Part shown: positions 1-10,127 of the stretch, piece by piece
How the letters are laid out: the number at the start of each line of letters is the position of its first letter
Position numbering within the stretch: position 1 is the first letter of the stretch
NCBI GenBank assembly: GCA_965223265.1
Contig: OZ244999.1
Span: forward strand, 2,560,001-2,624,000
Reading direction: 5' to 3'
Length of the DNA stretch: 64,000 nt
Source of the DNA: Planctomycetota bacterium
Lineage (GTDB): Bacteria > Planctomycetota > UBA8108 > SXIK01
Program-made: the position numbers and the translations under genes
Notes under the pieces: generated by a model
Told to the model about the DNA's origin: nothing
The model's database searches: none
The model's input: the letters and a program-made list of their open reading frames with translations, nothing else

Positions 1-872
1 GAGACCATGTACAGCCTGATGAAGTCATGGCCGTTCTCGACAGCCGAGATTTGGCCACGGTGAAAGCCAGGTTTCTTGCTGCGCACGCACGCCACACGCT
101 AGCTCGCGCAACCCTTGAACGCGAAGAGAGCCTGTGGAAGAAGAAAGTTGGCTCAGAACAGGAGTATCTGGAGGCGAAGAGTCTCTTCGAAGAAGCGAAG
201 ATCGCGCTACGCGAGGGGAAACAAGCGCTCCACGCCCTTGGATTGTCGGAGGAGGACGTGCTGAGGCTCTTGGAAGCGCCTGACACGACATTGACGCGCT
301 ACGAGATCAGAGCTCCGTTTGGCGGCGAGGTGATCGAACGGCACGTCGTTCGTGGCGAGCTTCTCAAGGAGGACTCCCAGGCGTTTGTTGTAGCTGATCT
401 CGGCAGCGTGTGGGTCAACCTCACGGTCCATCAAAAGGACCTCCCGTTCATTCGCGTCGGGCAGATCGTCCGCGTCTCCCCTGGAAGGGAGTTGGGAGAC
501 GTGGTCGGGACGATTTCATACTTCAGCCCACTCGTCGACGAGGCGACCCGTACCGCGACCGCACGCGTCGTGCTCGCCAACGAAGCCGGTGAGCTTCGCC
601 CGGGGCTGTTCGTGAGCGCAGCGATTGTTGCGGAGAAGCTCGAGGCTGGCATCGCTGTGCCGAAGAGTGCACTTGTAGAGAGCGACACTGCCGTCTTTGT
701 TCAGACGGACAAAGGTTTCGCGCGACGCAGTGTCGACATCGGGCGTTCTGACGCATCACACGTTGAGATCGTCGCAGGGCTCTCAGCGGGCGAGCGCTAC
801 GCGGCTCAGGGGGCGTTCGCGCTCAAGTCAGAGTTGGAGAAGGGGTCCTTTGGTGACGGCCACGGTCATTGA
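1..872 (+). CDS. czcB: Heavy-metal RND efflux periplasmic adaptor (CzcB/CusB-like MFP), 5'-truncated by the window edge
   Basis: MFP motifs (IRAPFGGEV, VADLGSVWV, DEATRTATARV, LRPGLFV), C-terminal GHGH, directly upstream of a CzcA-like permease. Confidence 0.85.
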   Translation, partial: DHVQPDEVMAVLDSRDLATVKARFLAAHARHTLARATLEREESLWKKKVGSEQEYLEAKSLFEEAKIALREGKQALHALGLSEEDVLRLLEAPDTTLTRYEIRAPFGGEVIERHVVRGELLKEDSQAFVVADLGSVWVNLTVHQKDLPFIRVGQIVRVSPGRELGDVVGTISYFSPLVDEATRTATARVVLANEAGELRPGLFVSAAIVAEKLEAGIAVPKSALVESDTAVFVQTDKGFARRSVDIGRSDASHVEIVAGLSAGERYAAQGAFALKSELEKGSFGDGHGH

Positions 873-880
873 CGGGAAAC

Positions 881-3800
881 ATGATCGCTAAACTCATCGC
901 AGCGAGCTTGCGCTCCTCTCTGCTTGTCCTCGTCCTCGCCGTCGTCGTCATGGCCGCCGGATACTTCAGCTACCGGCAACTTCCGGTGGACGCGTTTCCC
1001 GATGTCTCGCCGAACCTCGTCCAGGTCTTCACCGTCACTGAAGGCTTGGCACCCGAGGAGATCGAGACGTATGTGACGTATCCGATCGAAGCATCGATGA
1101 GCGGTCTACCCGGAATCGAGAAGATCCGTTCCGTTTCGAATTTCGGCTTGTCGGTCGTGAGCGTCTACTTCGACGACGGCGTGGATGTGTATTTCGCCAG
1201 ACGTCTCGTAGGCGAACGTCTGCAACAAGCGCGCGAAGAGATTCCGGAAGGCTTTGGGGAACCGCAGATGGGCCCCATCTCGACAGGGATGGGGCTGGTG
1301 CTCTTCTATTACCTTGACGACACCACCGGCCGCTCTTCGCTTGAAGATTTGCGTACCATCCAGGACTGGCTGGTGAAGCGGCATCTACAGACTGTTCCGG
1401 GTGTCACCGAGGTGCTTGGTATCGGCGGCTATGAGAAGCAGTACCAGGTCCACGTCATCCCGGAAGCCCTGCTGCGCTATGAAGTGACTCTGCCTGACCT
1501 CATCGAGCGCGTTGAGGCGAACAATCTAAACGTCGGTGCGCAGTTCATCGAAAAGAACGCCGAGGAGTTCGTCGTTCGCTCGGTCGGACTTGCTGCGTCG
1601 ATCGACGACCTGCAGCGCATCGTGGTGAAGTCTGTGGACGGCCGACCGATCTACCTGCGCGATCTCGCCGACGTCCGCATCGGCGGAGCGACCAGGCGCG
1701 GCGTTCAAACTCGCAACGGCGAGGGCGAGGTCGTCGCGGGGATGGTCGTGAAGCTGTACGGGACCAACTCGTCGACCGTCATTCGGCGCGTCGAGGCGAA
1801 GTTGAAGGAAATCGCGAACATTCTTCCCGACGGTGTTCGCATCGTTCCCTATTACGAGCAAAAGAGTCTCGTGGAGTCATGTGTGCGCACCGTCCGTGCG
1901 GCATTGATTCAAGGCATCGGTCTAGTGGTCTTGGTCTTGCTGGTTTTCATGGGGGGAGTGCGGCCGAGCGTCATCGTCGCGCTGTCGCTACCGTTCTCTG
2001 TGCTCTTCGCGTTTCTTCTCATGGGGTACTTGAAGATTTCCGCCAACCTTATGTCGCTCGGTGGATTGGCGATCGCCATCGGGATGATCGTCGACGGCGC
2101 GATTGTCATGGTGGACAACGTGGACCGCTCGCTTGCGCAAGGCGGGCGGTCGAGAGCTGAAGCGGTGAAATTTGCGTCCTGCGAGGTCGGGCGTCCTCTG
2201 GCGTTTTCCATCATCATCATCGTGCTCGTGTTCGTTCCTCTCTTTGCGCTTCAAGGCGTTGAGGGGAAGACCTTTCGACCGCTTGCTTACAGTATCTCAC
2301 TCGCGATGGTGGGATCACTCGCCTTTGCGTTGACGCTCGCTCCCGCGCTCAGCGTTCTCCTGATGCGCGGCTCGCGGGCCTCATCTGACAAGAGTGAGAA
2401 CATCATCGTCCGCAAACTTCTGGTCTTCTATGTGCCGCTCTTGAGATTCTTCATCAGGCGTCGTGCGCTTGCGGCGATGTTCGCCTTAGTGCTCCTCGCC
2501 CTTGGCGCCGTCGTGTTTCCGCGTCTCGGTTCTGAGTTTGCGCCTGAGCTCAACGAGGGGACGGTGGTCGCACGGCTGACGATGGCTCCTTCGATTTCCC
2601 TCCAAGAGAGTCGACAGGTGACGCTGCGGGCTGAGAGGCGACTCATGCAACTCGCGGACGTCGACGAGGTCGTCAGCCGCATCGGCCGAGGCGAGGTAGG
2701 GGCCCACACTGACCCGATCAATAGCGCGGAGATGTACATCATCCTGAAGTCTGAGGCGTCGAAACCAGCCGAAGATCTCGAGGCGTCCATGCGCGAGACC
2801 TTGGAAGGAATTCCGGGTGTAGTCGTGAGTTTCACGCAGCCGATTGAGATGACGGTTGACGAGCTCCTCGAGGGCGTGCGCGCAGAACTCGCGATCAAAC
2901 TCTTCGGCGAAGACCTCGACGTGCTTCGGCGCGAAGCCGAACGCGTTGCCTCAATCGTGGGTGGCGTGCGTGGTGCCGTCGACGTTCAGATCGATCAGGT
3001 AGGTGGAGCTCCGCAGCTACTTGTCCGGGTGAATCGCGACGCGATCGCTCGCTATGGAGTCAACGTCTCGCAGGTCCAAGAAGTGATTCGTGCAGCTGTT
3101 GGCGGGCATGTCGCAGGACAAATCCTCGAGGGCGTACGCCGGTTCGACATTCTGGTTCGCTATGCCGAATCGTATCGCGACACCAGGGAAGCGATCGCTT
3201 CGATCTTGGTCGAAGCGCCGAACGGGGTGAAGGTGCCGCTATCTGAGCTGGCGACGATCGAAGAGGTCATTGGGCCACGCCAGATCACACGCGAAGACGC
3301 CCAAAGGTTTATTACGATTCAGTGCAATGTCCAGCGCCGCGACATTGGCTCGTTTGTAGCCGCGGCACAGGCCGCGATCGACGAGCGTGTTGATCTTCCC
3401 TCGGGCTATTTGCTGACGTGGGGTGGTCAGTTTCGGCTGCAGCAGGAAGCCAATCGTCGTCTTCTGGTCGTTGTGCCGATGACGCTTTTGGGGGTGTTTC
3501 TTCTCCTCTACGGCAGCTTTGGTTCTCTCGCCAACACGCTATTGATCCTCTTGAACATTCCGCTCGCTCTGGTCGGAGGCGTGGTTGCGCTCTGGCTCAG
3601 CGGTCAGAATCTCTCCGTGCCGGCGTCGGTCGGATTCATCGCGTTGTTTGGGATCGCGCTTGAGAACGCCATGGTTCTCATCACCTACTTGAATCAGCTG
3701 CGTCGCGACGGTGTTTCGGTCGACGACGCGTCGGTGCGCGGCGCCGCGCGGCGTTTGCGGCCGGTCCTCATGACGGCGCTGACCACCGGCCTTGGCCTCC

Positions 3801-3967
3801 TGCCGCTTCTCTTCGCGCAAGGTACTGGAAGCGAGGTGCAGCGGCCGCTCGCGACCGTCGTTGTCGGCGGACTGGTCACTTGCACGACACTGACTCTGCT
3901 TGTGCTCCCTGCGCTCTACAAGTGGTTCTCGACAGGCGGCGTCTACCCTGGCGCGGCTGCGGAGTGA
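881..3967 (+). CDS. czcA: CusA/CzcA family heavy-metal efflux RND permease
   Basis: ~1028 aa; LPVDAFPD, SVSNFGLS, NLMSLGGLAIAIGMIVDGAIVMV, RLRPVLMTALTT and GSEVQRPLATVVVGGL motifs; ATG at 881. Confidence 0.92.
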   Translation: MIAKLIAASLRSSLLVLVLAVVVMAAGYFSYRQLPVDAFPDVSPNLVQVFTVTEGLAPEEIETYVTYPIEASMSGLPGIEKIRSVSNFGLSVVSVYFDDGVDVYFARRLVGERLQQAREEIPEGFGEPQMGPISTGMGLVLFYYLDDTTGRSSLEDLRTIQDWLVKRHLQTVPGVTEVLGIGGYEKQYQVHVIPEALLRYEVTLPDLIERVEANNLNVGAQFIEKNAEEFVVRSVGLAASIDDLQRIVVKSVDGRPIYLRDLADVRIGGATRRGVQTRNGEGEVVAGMVVKLYGTNSSTVIRRVEAKLKEIANILPDGVRIVPYYEQKSLVESCVRTVRAALIQGIGLVVLVLLVFMGGVRPSVIVALSLPFSVLFAFLLMGYLKISANLMSLGGLAIAIGMIVDGAIVMVDNVDRSLAQGGRSRAEAVKFASCEVGRPLAFSIIIIVLVFVPLFALQGVEGKTFRPLAYSISLAMVGSLAFALTLAPALSVLLMRGSRASSDKSENIIVRKLLVFYVPLLRFFIRRRALAAMFALVLLALGAVVFPRLGSEFAPELNEGTVVARLTMAPSISLQESRQVTLRAERRLMQLADVDEVVSRIGRGEVGAHTDPINSAEMYIILKSEASKPAEDLEASMRETLEGIPGVVVSFTQPIEMTVDELLEGVRAELAIKLFGEDLDVLRREAERVASIVGGVRGAVDVQIDQVGGAPQLLVRVNRDAIARYGVNVSQVQEVIRAAVGGHVAGQILEGVRRFDILVRYAESYRDTREAIASILVEAPNGVKVPLSELATIEEVIGPRQITREDAQRFITIQCNVQRRDIGSFVAAAQAAIDERVDLPSGYLLTWGGQFRLQQEANRRLLVVVPMTLLGVFLLLYGSFGSLANTLLILLNIPLALVGGVVALWLSGQNLSVPASVGFIALFGIALENAMVLITYLNQLRRDGVSVDDASVRGAARRLRPVLMTALTTGLGLLPLLFAQGTGSEVQRPLATVVVGGLVTCTTLTLLVLPALYKWFSTGGVYPGAAAE

Positions 3968-4188
3968 CCGTCCGCTGATTCCGGTGAGCGCCTCTTTCTC
4001 CGAGGCTTGCCCCATTCCGCCTCGCACGAGCATGTCGATCGCCTGAAGGGATTCCTGTGCCACCGTCGAGATCTCTTGGCGTTGTCGTCAGGCATGGTCG
4101 AGGAATTCCCGCAGGAATTCACGGTGGCGATCGTCGTATAGGAAAAGTGGGAGTTCTCAAATCGGGATGGTCAAAAGGAGATTCCGTC

Positions 4189-5037
4189 GTGCATATAGCG
4201 AGGCGTACCTGCCGACTAGCGATCTTTGGGGGGATGATTTTTCTGGTCGGCGGGTCTTCCTTGCTATGTGATCATACAAGTTTTCGTCGCGGCGATGTGG
4301 ACCGCAGCGGCTCACTCACTGTGGGAGATGCAATCGACATCCTTGGCGTTCTCTTTCGACGTTCAAATGTCCGTCGAACGTGTTTGGATGCCGCCGATGT
4401 CGACGACAACGGCTTCGTCGATGTTGCCGACGCGGTGCGCCTCCTTACCTTCCTATTCGCGCGCGGTGATCCACCTGCGGCCCCATATCCTTACTGCTGG
4501 GTCGATCCAACGCCTGATTTCGTCTCGTGCAATCAGCCCAGTTGTCTCTCCGACGCCAGCGCCCCGGCGATCTTTGGTGAGGCGGATGGAATGGTCGTCG
4601 TGGTCGAGAAGTCCGGTGCCTTCGCTTCGAGCGGCGAACTTGAGATCTCCAAGCGACACCTCGTTCGTAGTCTCAGGAGCCTACCGGCTGAAGCCTTGTT
4701 CGGTTTCGTTTTTTTTGACCGATTCGCGACGGTCTACCCGCCGACAGAGCAGCTCGAAGTCGCCAACTCGCAGACAGTCGCCCGCTCTATCGATTTCGTC
4801 GAGTCGACGGTCGCCGGCTCTGGATCTTGCCTTCAAGGTGCGCTCGAAAAGGCATTGACTCTAGTGGCGAGTCGCGATGGCAAAAGAATCTCTGTGTTTC
4901 TCCGTGGTGGGAATCCCGCCGTGGTCAACGGTGGAGATCTCAACCGAGACGGGACTCTCAATGGGCAAGACGCCAACATCCTTTTGCGCCGACTCCTGCC
5001 GGAGCAACATGATCGCATTTGGCCGTGCGTTCCGTGA
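4189..5037 (+). CDS. Secreted dockerin-like + partial vWA-like domain protein, possibly truncated or chimeric at the C-terminus
   Basis: FRRGDVDRSG...CLDAADVDDNG...DPTPD dockerin-like module, then VVVVEKSGA vWA-like start, then an abrupt half-dockerin (GDLNRDG); start codon uncertain. Confidence 0.6.
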   Translation: MHIARRTCRLAIFGGMIFLVGGSSLLCDHTSFRRGDVDRSGSLTVGDAIDILGVLFRRSNVRRTCLDAADVDDNGFVDVADAVRLLTFLFARGDPPAAPYPYCWVDPTPDFVSCNQPSCLSDASAPAIFGEADGMVVVVEKSGAFASSGELEISKRHLVRSLRSLPAEALFGFVFFDRFATVYPPTEQLEVANSQTVARSIDFVESTVAGSGSCLQGALEKALTLVASRDGKRISVFLRGGNPAVVNGGDLNRDGTLNGQDANILLRRLLPEQHDRIWPCVP

Positions 5038-5293
5038 CCCAGACGTCTCTCCAGACGAAAGAAGGCTTCACTTCGCTCATCCTGTCATCCAAGTGATTAG
5101 TCGCTCTGTCTTCCGGCGGATCGTCGCGTTTGAAGAAACCGCTCTGTTCTGCCGGCGGGATCCTTGAGAGTCGTTGACTTTGAAGCCAACCGACGTACCA
5201 TCATCACCCGGGGGTGAGAGGGTAGGCCGCTCAGGGAGAGGGCACCGAACAAAACGTGGGACTCGCAGTCTCGCGGGCTAGTAAGGAGAACGC

Positions 5294-5674
5294 ATGGGCG
5301 CAGTGGACGCGGGCGATATCGGGCGGGAGCACCAGGAGCGGCTGGACGAACTGCTGCGTCGAGTGGTGAAGGCGGCTTCTGAAGGGCCTGCTGAAGAGAA
5401 GCCAAATAAGAACGGACTTCAGGTCATCGCCAAGGAAGAGAGCGGTGACTCGATGTTCTTTGTGATTCGACTGAAAGCTCAGGCGCTCGCAGACCTGAGC
5501 CCGCGGGAGCGCGAAATTGTCGACCTGGTTGGCGACGGGTTGTCGAACAAGGAGATCGCGAAGCGGTTAGGGATCAGTACGGCGACCGTAGCGGCACACA
5601 TCCGTCGTATCTTTACCAAACTGCACGTCAAGTCGCGGATCGAGCTCGTGCGGTTGAAGATTCTGCTAAGCTGA
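5294..5674 (+). CDS. LuxR-type HTH transcriptional regulator without a receiver domain
   Basis: LSPREREIVDLVGDGLSNKEIAKRLGISTATVAAHIRRIFTKL; AAGGAG RBS upstream. Confidence 0.88.
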   Translation: MGAVDAGDIGREHQERLDELLRRVVKAASEGPAEEKPNKNGLQVIAKEESGDSMFFVIRLKAQALADLSPREREIVDLVGDGLSNKEIAKRLGISTATVAAHIRRIFTKLHVKSRIELVRLKILLS

Positions 5675-5759
5675 GAGATCGCGCGCCATCCGTTACTTTC
5701 GAAGGGAACGCTCCTGCGAGTCTTTGGAATTGCGGGCAGCTTCCGAACAGGGCGCTCGA

Positions 5760-7103
5760 TTATTTCCCTAGCACCTCGACGACCGATGCCGCGAGCACGT
5801 CGACGATCTGGTCGAGTTGTTCGTACGTCGTCACCATGGGCGGCGCGAGGCAGAACACATCGCCGCGCAGGCGACTGAAGAGCCCTCGCTTCTGAGCCGC
5901 GGTGTGGACTCGGATCCCGACTTTTTTTGCGGGTGAGAACTCGGCTTTCGTGGCCTTATTCTCGACGAGCTCGACGCCACACATGAGTCCCATGCCCCGC
6001 ACGTCGCCGACATGAGGGTGGTCTGCGAGTGCTGCGGAGAGTTTCTCGAGCAAATACCTACCCTTTTCGTCTGCCAGTTGCGGGCAGTCTTCGCGCTCCA
6101 GGAGGTCTAGATTTGCGAGCGCGACGGCGCAGCCCACCGGATGGGCACTGTAGGTGTACGCGTGCATCCACACGGCCTCGCCGCTGTCGAGGGTAGCGCC
6201 GATTTGATCGCTGACGCCGACTCCGCCGAGCGGGAAGTAGCCGGAGGTGAGCGCCTTCGCGAACTGTACGATGTCAGGCTCCACGCCCCAATGCTCGAGC
6301 GCAAACCATCTTCCCGTGCGCCCGAAGCCGGTGATCACCTCGTCGGCCACCAGAAGGACGTCGTAGTGATCGCAGATTTCTCGAATGCGGCGGAAGTATT
6401 CCTCCTGCGGTGGAATCACGCCGCCGGCACCTTGCACCGGCTCCGCCAAAAACATAGCGACCGTGTCGGGCCCTTCGCGGAGGATCGCGCTTTCCAGTTC
6501 ATTGGCTGCAGCGATTCCTTGGCTGACTCCTGCGGGTGCTTCGTAGCGGTAGGGGTATGGGGAGGGAATGTGGACGAACCCGTCAACACGCGGTTCGAAC
6601 ATGGGCCAGTAGCTTTGGATTCCGGTAGCGCTCATGGCTGCGAGCGTGACGCCGTGGTATCCCCACTGACGCGAAATCACTTTCGTCTTTTGCGGTTTGT
6701 CCCGCATTTTCCAGTAGTATCGAGCCAGCTTGAAGCTGGTGTCACTTGCCTCACCGCCACCTGACGTGAAGAAGAAGCGGTTGATGGATGGGTAGGTCAT
6801 CGAGGCCAAGCGCTCTGCGAGCTCGATCGCGCGTGGGTTTGAACTCCCCGCGTATCCTGAGCAGTAGGCAAGTGTCGACATCTGTTCCGCCGCCGCCTCG
6901 ACGAGCTCCCTGCGTCCGTGGCCTGCCAGCACGTTCCATAGGCCGGAGAGTCCGTCGATGAACTCCTTGCCGTCGGCATCGATCAGTACCGCTCCGTCGC
7001 CTCTGACCCACACGTGTCCACTCGCATGCAGCGCACGATCGTGGAGTGGGTGGATCAGGTGTTTCTGATCACGACGCAGGAGTTCAGCGTTGTCGGCGTT
7101 CAT
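5760..7103 (-). CDS. Class III PLP-dependent aminotransferase (omega-amino acid/polyamine:pyruvate type)
   Basis: DGLSGLWNV, FFTSGGGEA, YHGVT, EPVQGAGG, DEVITGFGRTG, AKALTSGY motifs. Confidence 0.92.
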   Translation of the reverse strand: MNADNAELLRRDQKHLIHPLHDRALHASGHVWVRGDGAVLIDADGKEFIDGLSGLWNVLAGHGRRELVEAAAEQMSTLAYCSGYAGSSNPRAIELAERLASMTYPSINRFFFTSGGGEASDTSFKLARYYWKMRDKPQKTKVISRQWGYHGVTLAAMSATGIQSYWPMFEPRVDGFVHIPSPYPYRYEAPAGVSQGIAAANELESAILREGPDTVAMFLAEPVQGAGGVIPPQEEYFRRIREICDHYDVLLVADEVITGFGRTGRWFALEHWGVEPDIVQFAKALTSGYFPLGGVGVSDQIGATLDSGEAVWMHAYTYSAHPVGCAVALANLDLLEREDCPQLADEKGRYLLEKLSAALADHPHVGDVRGMGLMCGVELVENKATKAEFSPAKKVGIRVHTAAQKRGLFSRLRGDVFCLAPPMVTTYEQLDQIVDVLAASVVEVLGK

Positions 7104-7194
7104 GGAGCCTCCGTTTCGCAGCTGGTATTGTGTGCAAACGTAAGACGGCGAGTCGTCCTTTCGCGCAGGTCGTATCGGCCCGCGTCATGATTGT

Positions 7195-8571
7195 TCATGT
7201 TGACGGCGTACGCGCGTCGATCGGCCGGTTCGGGTTGATGAGAATCCAAGCGGCCGCTGCGGTGAAGTAAAACGCGGCGTGCAGGTAGATCACGCCATCC
7301 CAGTCGCCTCCTGAACTGCGGATCGTGTCGAACCAGCGTCCCAGAAGCCATGGAAGCACGACCCCGGCGAGACATGCTGCCATGTTCATGGTTCCCATGA
7401 CCAGTGCGGTGTTTTTCCCGCCGAGGTCCATCGTTGTCGCCCACGAGGCCGGCGAGCCAAACCCAGCGAAGAACGCCCCGATGGCGATCACAACCGAAAG
7501 CTGCGTTGCCGACGACGTCAGCGTCGACGATGCGGTCAGACTACCACTCAGAGCGAGAGCCAGGGCTGCGACCCCACTACGACTGAGCTTGTGATTCCCT
7601 GTCCGTCGCAAGAGAACATCAACGAGGAAGCCGCCCGTCAGCGTACCGCAAACGACGGCAATCAGGGGCAAGCTAGTGAGGAAGCCGGCCGCGGCTTTGT
7701 CGATCCCGTAGGCGTACTCGAGGAAGGCGAAGAACCAGGTGGCAAAGAATGCGTATCCTGCGGAGCGAAAAAACGCTTGGACGCAGAGAAACCACATGCT
7801 TGGACTGGCGAGCATTGCAATCGCCATCGAGTTTGCCGGAGTGGACCGTGTCGCCGCATCGGGTTCGATTCTCTGTGTGCGACGATGGTCGTCGTCACCT
7901 GCTGCCGAGATCAGCTTCAACTCCGCTTCGTTCACGCGCGGATGATTCTCCGGGCGCGTGCGAAAGAACCACGCGAAACCGACTGCCCACACGATTCCGA
8001 CCATGGAGTAGGCGGAGAAGATTCCCCGCCAGTCGTACTCGGCGCGCAGCAGCCTCCCCGTGAGCCAGAGAGTCAGTGCTCCGCCGACGGACATGAACGC
8101 GCCGATCGCGGCGCTGCTGACTCCGCGGGACTTCGCGGGGATCCAGTCGTTGAGAATCTTTGCGGAAATCGGCGCGAGGCCGGCCTGAAAGAGTCCTAAG
8201 CCGAACCGCGAAGCGTAAAGCGCCCCGAAAGCTGAGGCAAGGCCGGACCACAGATTGCACATCGACCAGAGGACGCTGAGTGCAGCGAAGGCGGCGCGGG
8301 TACCGAACCGAGTTCCAGCCCAGCCGGCCGGTACTTGAAAGAGGAAGTAGCCGAGGAAGAAGGCGCTCATGATGGAGCCCATCTGCTCGTCATCCAGACC
8401 GAGCTCCCCTTGGATCGTCGTGTTCGCCGCCGCGATGCAGTTGCGCGTCAGATAGGCGCTCGCCGCCGCGAACGCCACAAGCGCCAGCACGCCGCTGCGG
8501 ACGTTCGTCGCGCCAAATCTGGGAGGCGGCACTGACGCGGGGGTAATGCCGCGTGGCTGCGGTGGGTCCAT
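7195..8571 (-). CDS. MFS transporter (ACS / sugar-acid-like)
   Basis: About 12 hydrophobic segments; SAFFLGYFLFQVPAGW, RFGLGLFQAG, PENHPRVNEAEL; start placed at MDPPQ. Confidence 0.88.
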   Translation of the reverse strand: MDPPQPRGITPASVPPPRFGATNVRSGVLALVAFAAASAYLTRNCIAAANTTIQGELGLDDEQMGSIMSAFFLGYFLFQVPAGWAGTRFGTRAAFAALSVLWSMCNLWSGLASAFGALYASRFGLGLFQAGLAPISAKILNDWIPAKSRGVSSAAIGAFMSVGGALTLWLTGRLLRAEYDWRGIFSAYSMVGIVWAVGFAWFFRTRPENHPRVNEAELKLISAAGDDDHRRTQRIEPDAATRSTPANSMAIAMLASPSMWFLCVQAFFRSAGYAFFATWFFAFLEYAYGIDKAAAGFLTSLPLIAVVCGTLTGGFLVDVLLRRTGNHKLSRSGVAALALALSGSLTASSTLTSSATQLSVVIAIGAFFAGFGSPASWATTMDLGGKNTALVMGTMNMAACLAGVVLPWLLGRWFDTIRSSGGDWDGVIYLHAAFYFTAAAAWILINPNRPIDARTPST

Positions 8572-8759
8572 CGGTCTACCGCTCGATTGGGTCGCCGGCA
8601 GAGCGTGCCACGACCGCTTCTCGAAATCCTGACGACCAACTCTTTGGTTGCGATGAGCGGCGCCTTGCGATGAAATTGAGGTGATGGGGCGGAGTACCAC
8701 TGCCTGTGGAGGAGGCAAACGCAATGGTTGGACGACGCGTGTCACCTCGCGGCCTCGCC

Positions 8760-8924
8760 ATGAGCGAAGCTGCGAAAAAACATCTGAAGAACCGTAAGCG
8801 GCGAAAGCAGCGCGGTGTTGCGGAAACGGAACCGGAGACAAGTCGGCAGGGTTTAGGGATCCTCATCGCCATCGCTGTCCTCGTCTTCGTTCTCTTCATG
8901 GCGTGGGTCATCGCGACGCACTGA
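8760..8924 (+). CDS. Small single-pass membrane protein (54 aa)
   Basis: Basic N-terminus (KNRKRRKQR) followed by one C-terminal transmembrane helix; fills the intergenic gap. Confidence 0.55.
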   Translation: MSEAAKKHLKNRKRRKQRGVAETEPETSRQGLGILIAIAVLVFVLFMAWVIATH

Positions 8925-8961
8925 GCGCGACTCCCGATCTGCCTCGCGCCGCGCCCTGCGC

Positions 8962-9735
8962 TCAAATGCGGTTGTACTCGTTGATCGCCTGCTGCAGCGA
9001 TTTCGACTGGTTCAGAAGCGGGATCATCTTTTTCTCCTTCGCCTCGAACTCCAGCGCCCGCTCGATCACAGCCTCGACGTGCTCGGAGGGAATACGAACG
9101 ACGCCGTCCCGATCGCCGACAAGATAGTCTCCAGGGCGCACCGTGATGCCGCCGCATTCAATTGGGGTGTCGCGTGCGATGCTCGTCCACCTACCGACGA
9201 TCGTCGACGGTGCGACGCTGCGCGAAAACGCCGTGAACCCGAGGTCATTCATCTCTTCGACATCGCGCACCGCGCCGTCGATGATGGCGCCTTCGATGCC
9301 GCGCAGCTTCGCGGTGCGTGACATGAGCCCACCGAAGCCGGTGATATCGAGACTTCCTGTCGAGGCCACGAAAACCTCTCCAGGACCGGAGGAATCGAGG
9401 ATCTCCACTCCGTACTTTAGGCCGAGGTCCTTCTTGTCGGGGTTTTCGCTGATGGGGCCGAGAAGAAGCGTCCGAGCACGACCGGCGAGGCGCTGACCTT
9501 GGGGCAGGCTCACTGGGCGCATATCATGCGACATGAAGCCGCGTGCGCCGACCACGGTGTCGACTGCGTCGGAGAGGGTGGAAGCGGGGATCGATCGAAG
9601 CCTGGAGAGAACGTCTTCACCGTCCGCGCGGTGTGAGCGCGAGAGACAACCCGTGGCACCGATGAGAGTCACCACGGCGATGAGGCCAGCAGACCGGCGG
9701 TTGCAGATGCAAGAATCGTGCGCTGAGTTGTTCAA
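8962..9735 (-). CDS. RraA/HMG-aldolase family protein with an N-terminal signal or lipoprotein-like peptide
   Basis: STLSDAVD, GRART, FGGLM, GAIIDGAVRDVEE, CGGITVRPGDYLVGDRDGVVRIP motifs; start uncertain. Confidence 0.85.
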   Translation of the reverse strand: MNNSAHDSCICNRRSAGLIAVVTLIGATGCLSRSHRADGEDVLSRLRSIPASTLSDAVDTVVGARGFMSHDMRPVSLPQGQRLAGRARTLLLGPISENPDKKDLGLKYGVEILDSSGPGEVFVASTGSLDITGFGGLMSRTAKLRGIEGAIIDGAVRDVEEMNDLGFTAFSRSVAPSTIVGRWTSIARDTPIECGGITVRPGDYLVGDRDGVVRIPSEHVEAVIERALEFEAKEKKMIPLLNQSKSLQQAINEYNRI

Positions 9736-10127
9736 GTCTCGGATTCCCTTTGAGGACGGTTACTGTTTTCGCGGCCCGACAGGCGAGTCGCGGGCTGTCA
9801 ACGAAGTGATCGAGAGATCGAGACGGATCCGTTGTCGGACCGAACGACGCCGCAATTCGCTGGCGCTCAGCATACTCCGCCGGGCTGGGCCTGAGAAGGC
9901 GAGAACTGCGGTGCAGCGTTCGTTGTCCTTCGTCCTCAGGCCTGTGCGCGCAATCGACTCGGTCACGTCTTTGAGCGCGAGGTGCAACCTCGCGTCGATG
10001 AAGAGCGGCCCGGCAGCTCCAGAAAGCGGCTACCGGGCCGAACAGTGGGACTCTCTTCCTTTTCACCTCAGATACGCGTGAAGGCAGACGGCCGCTGCAC
10101 GACCTCGCCCTCGAGTCGCGGATCAAC

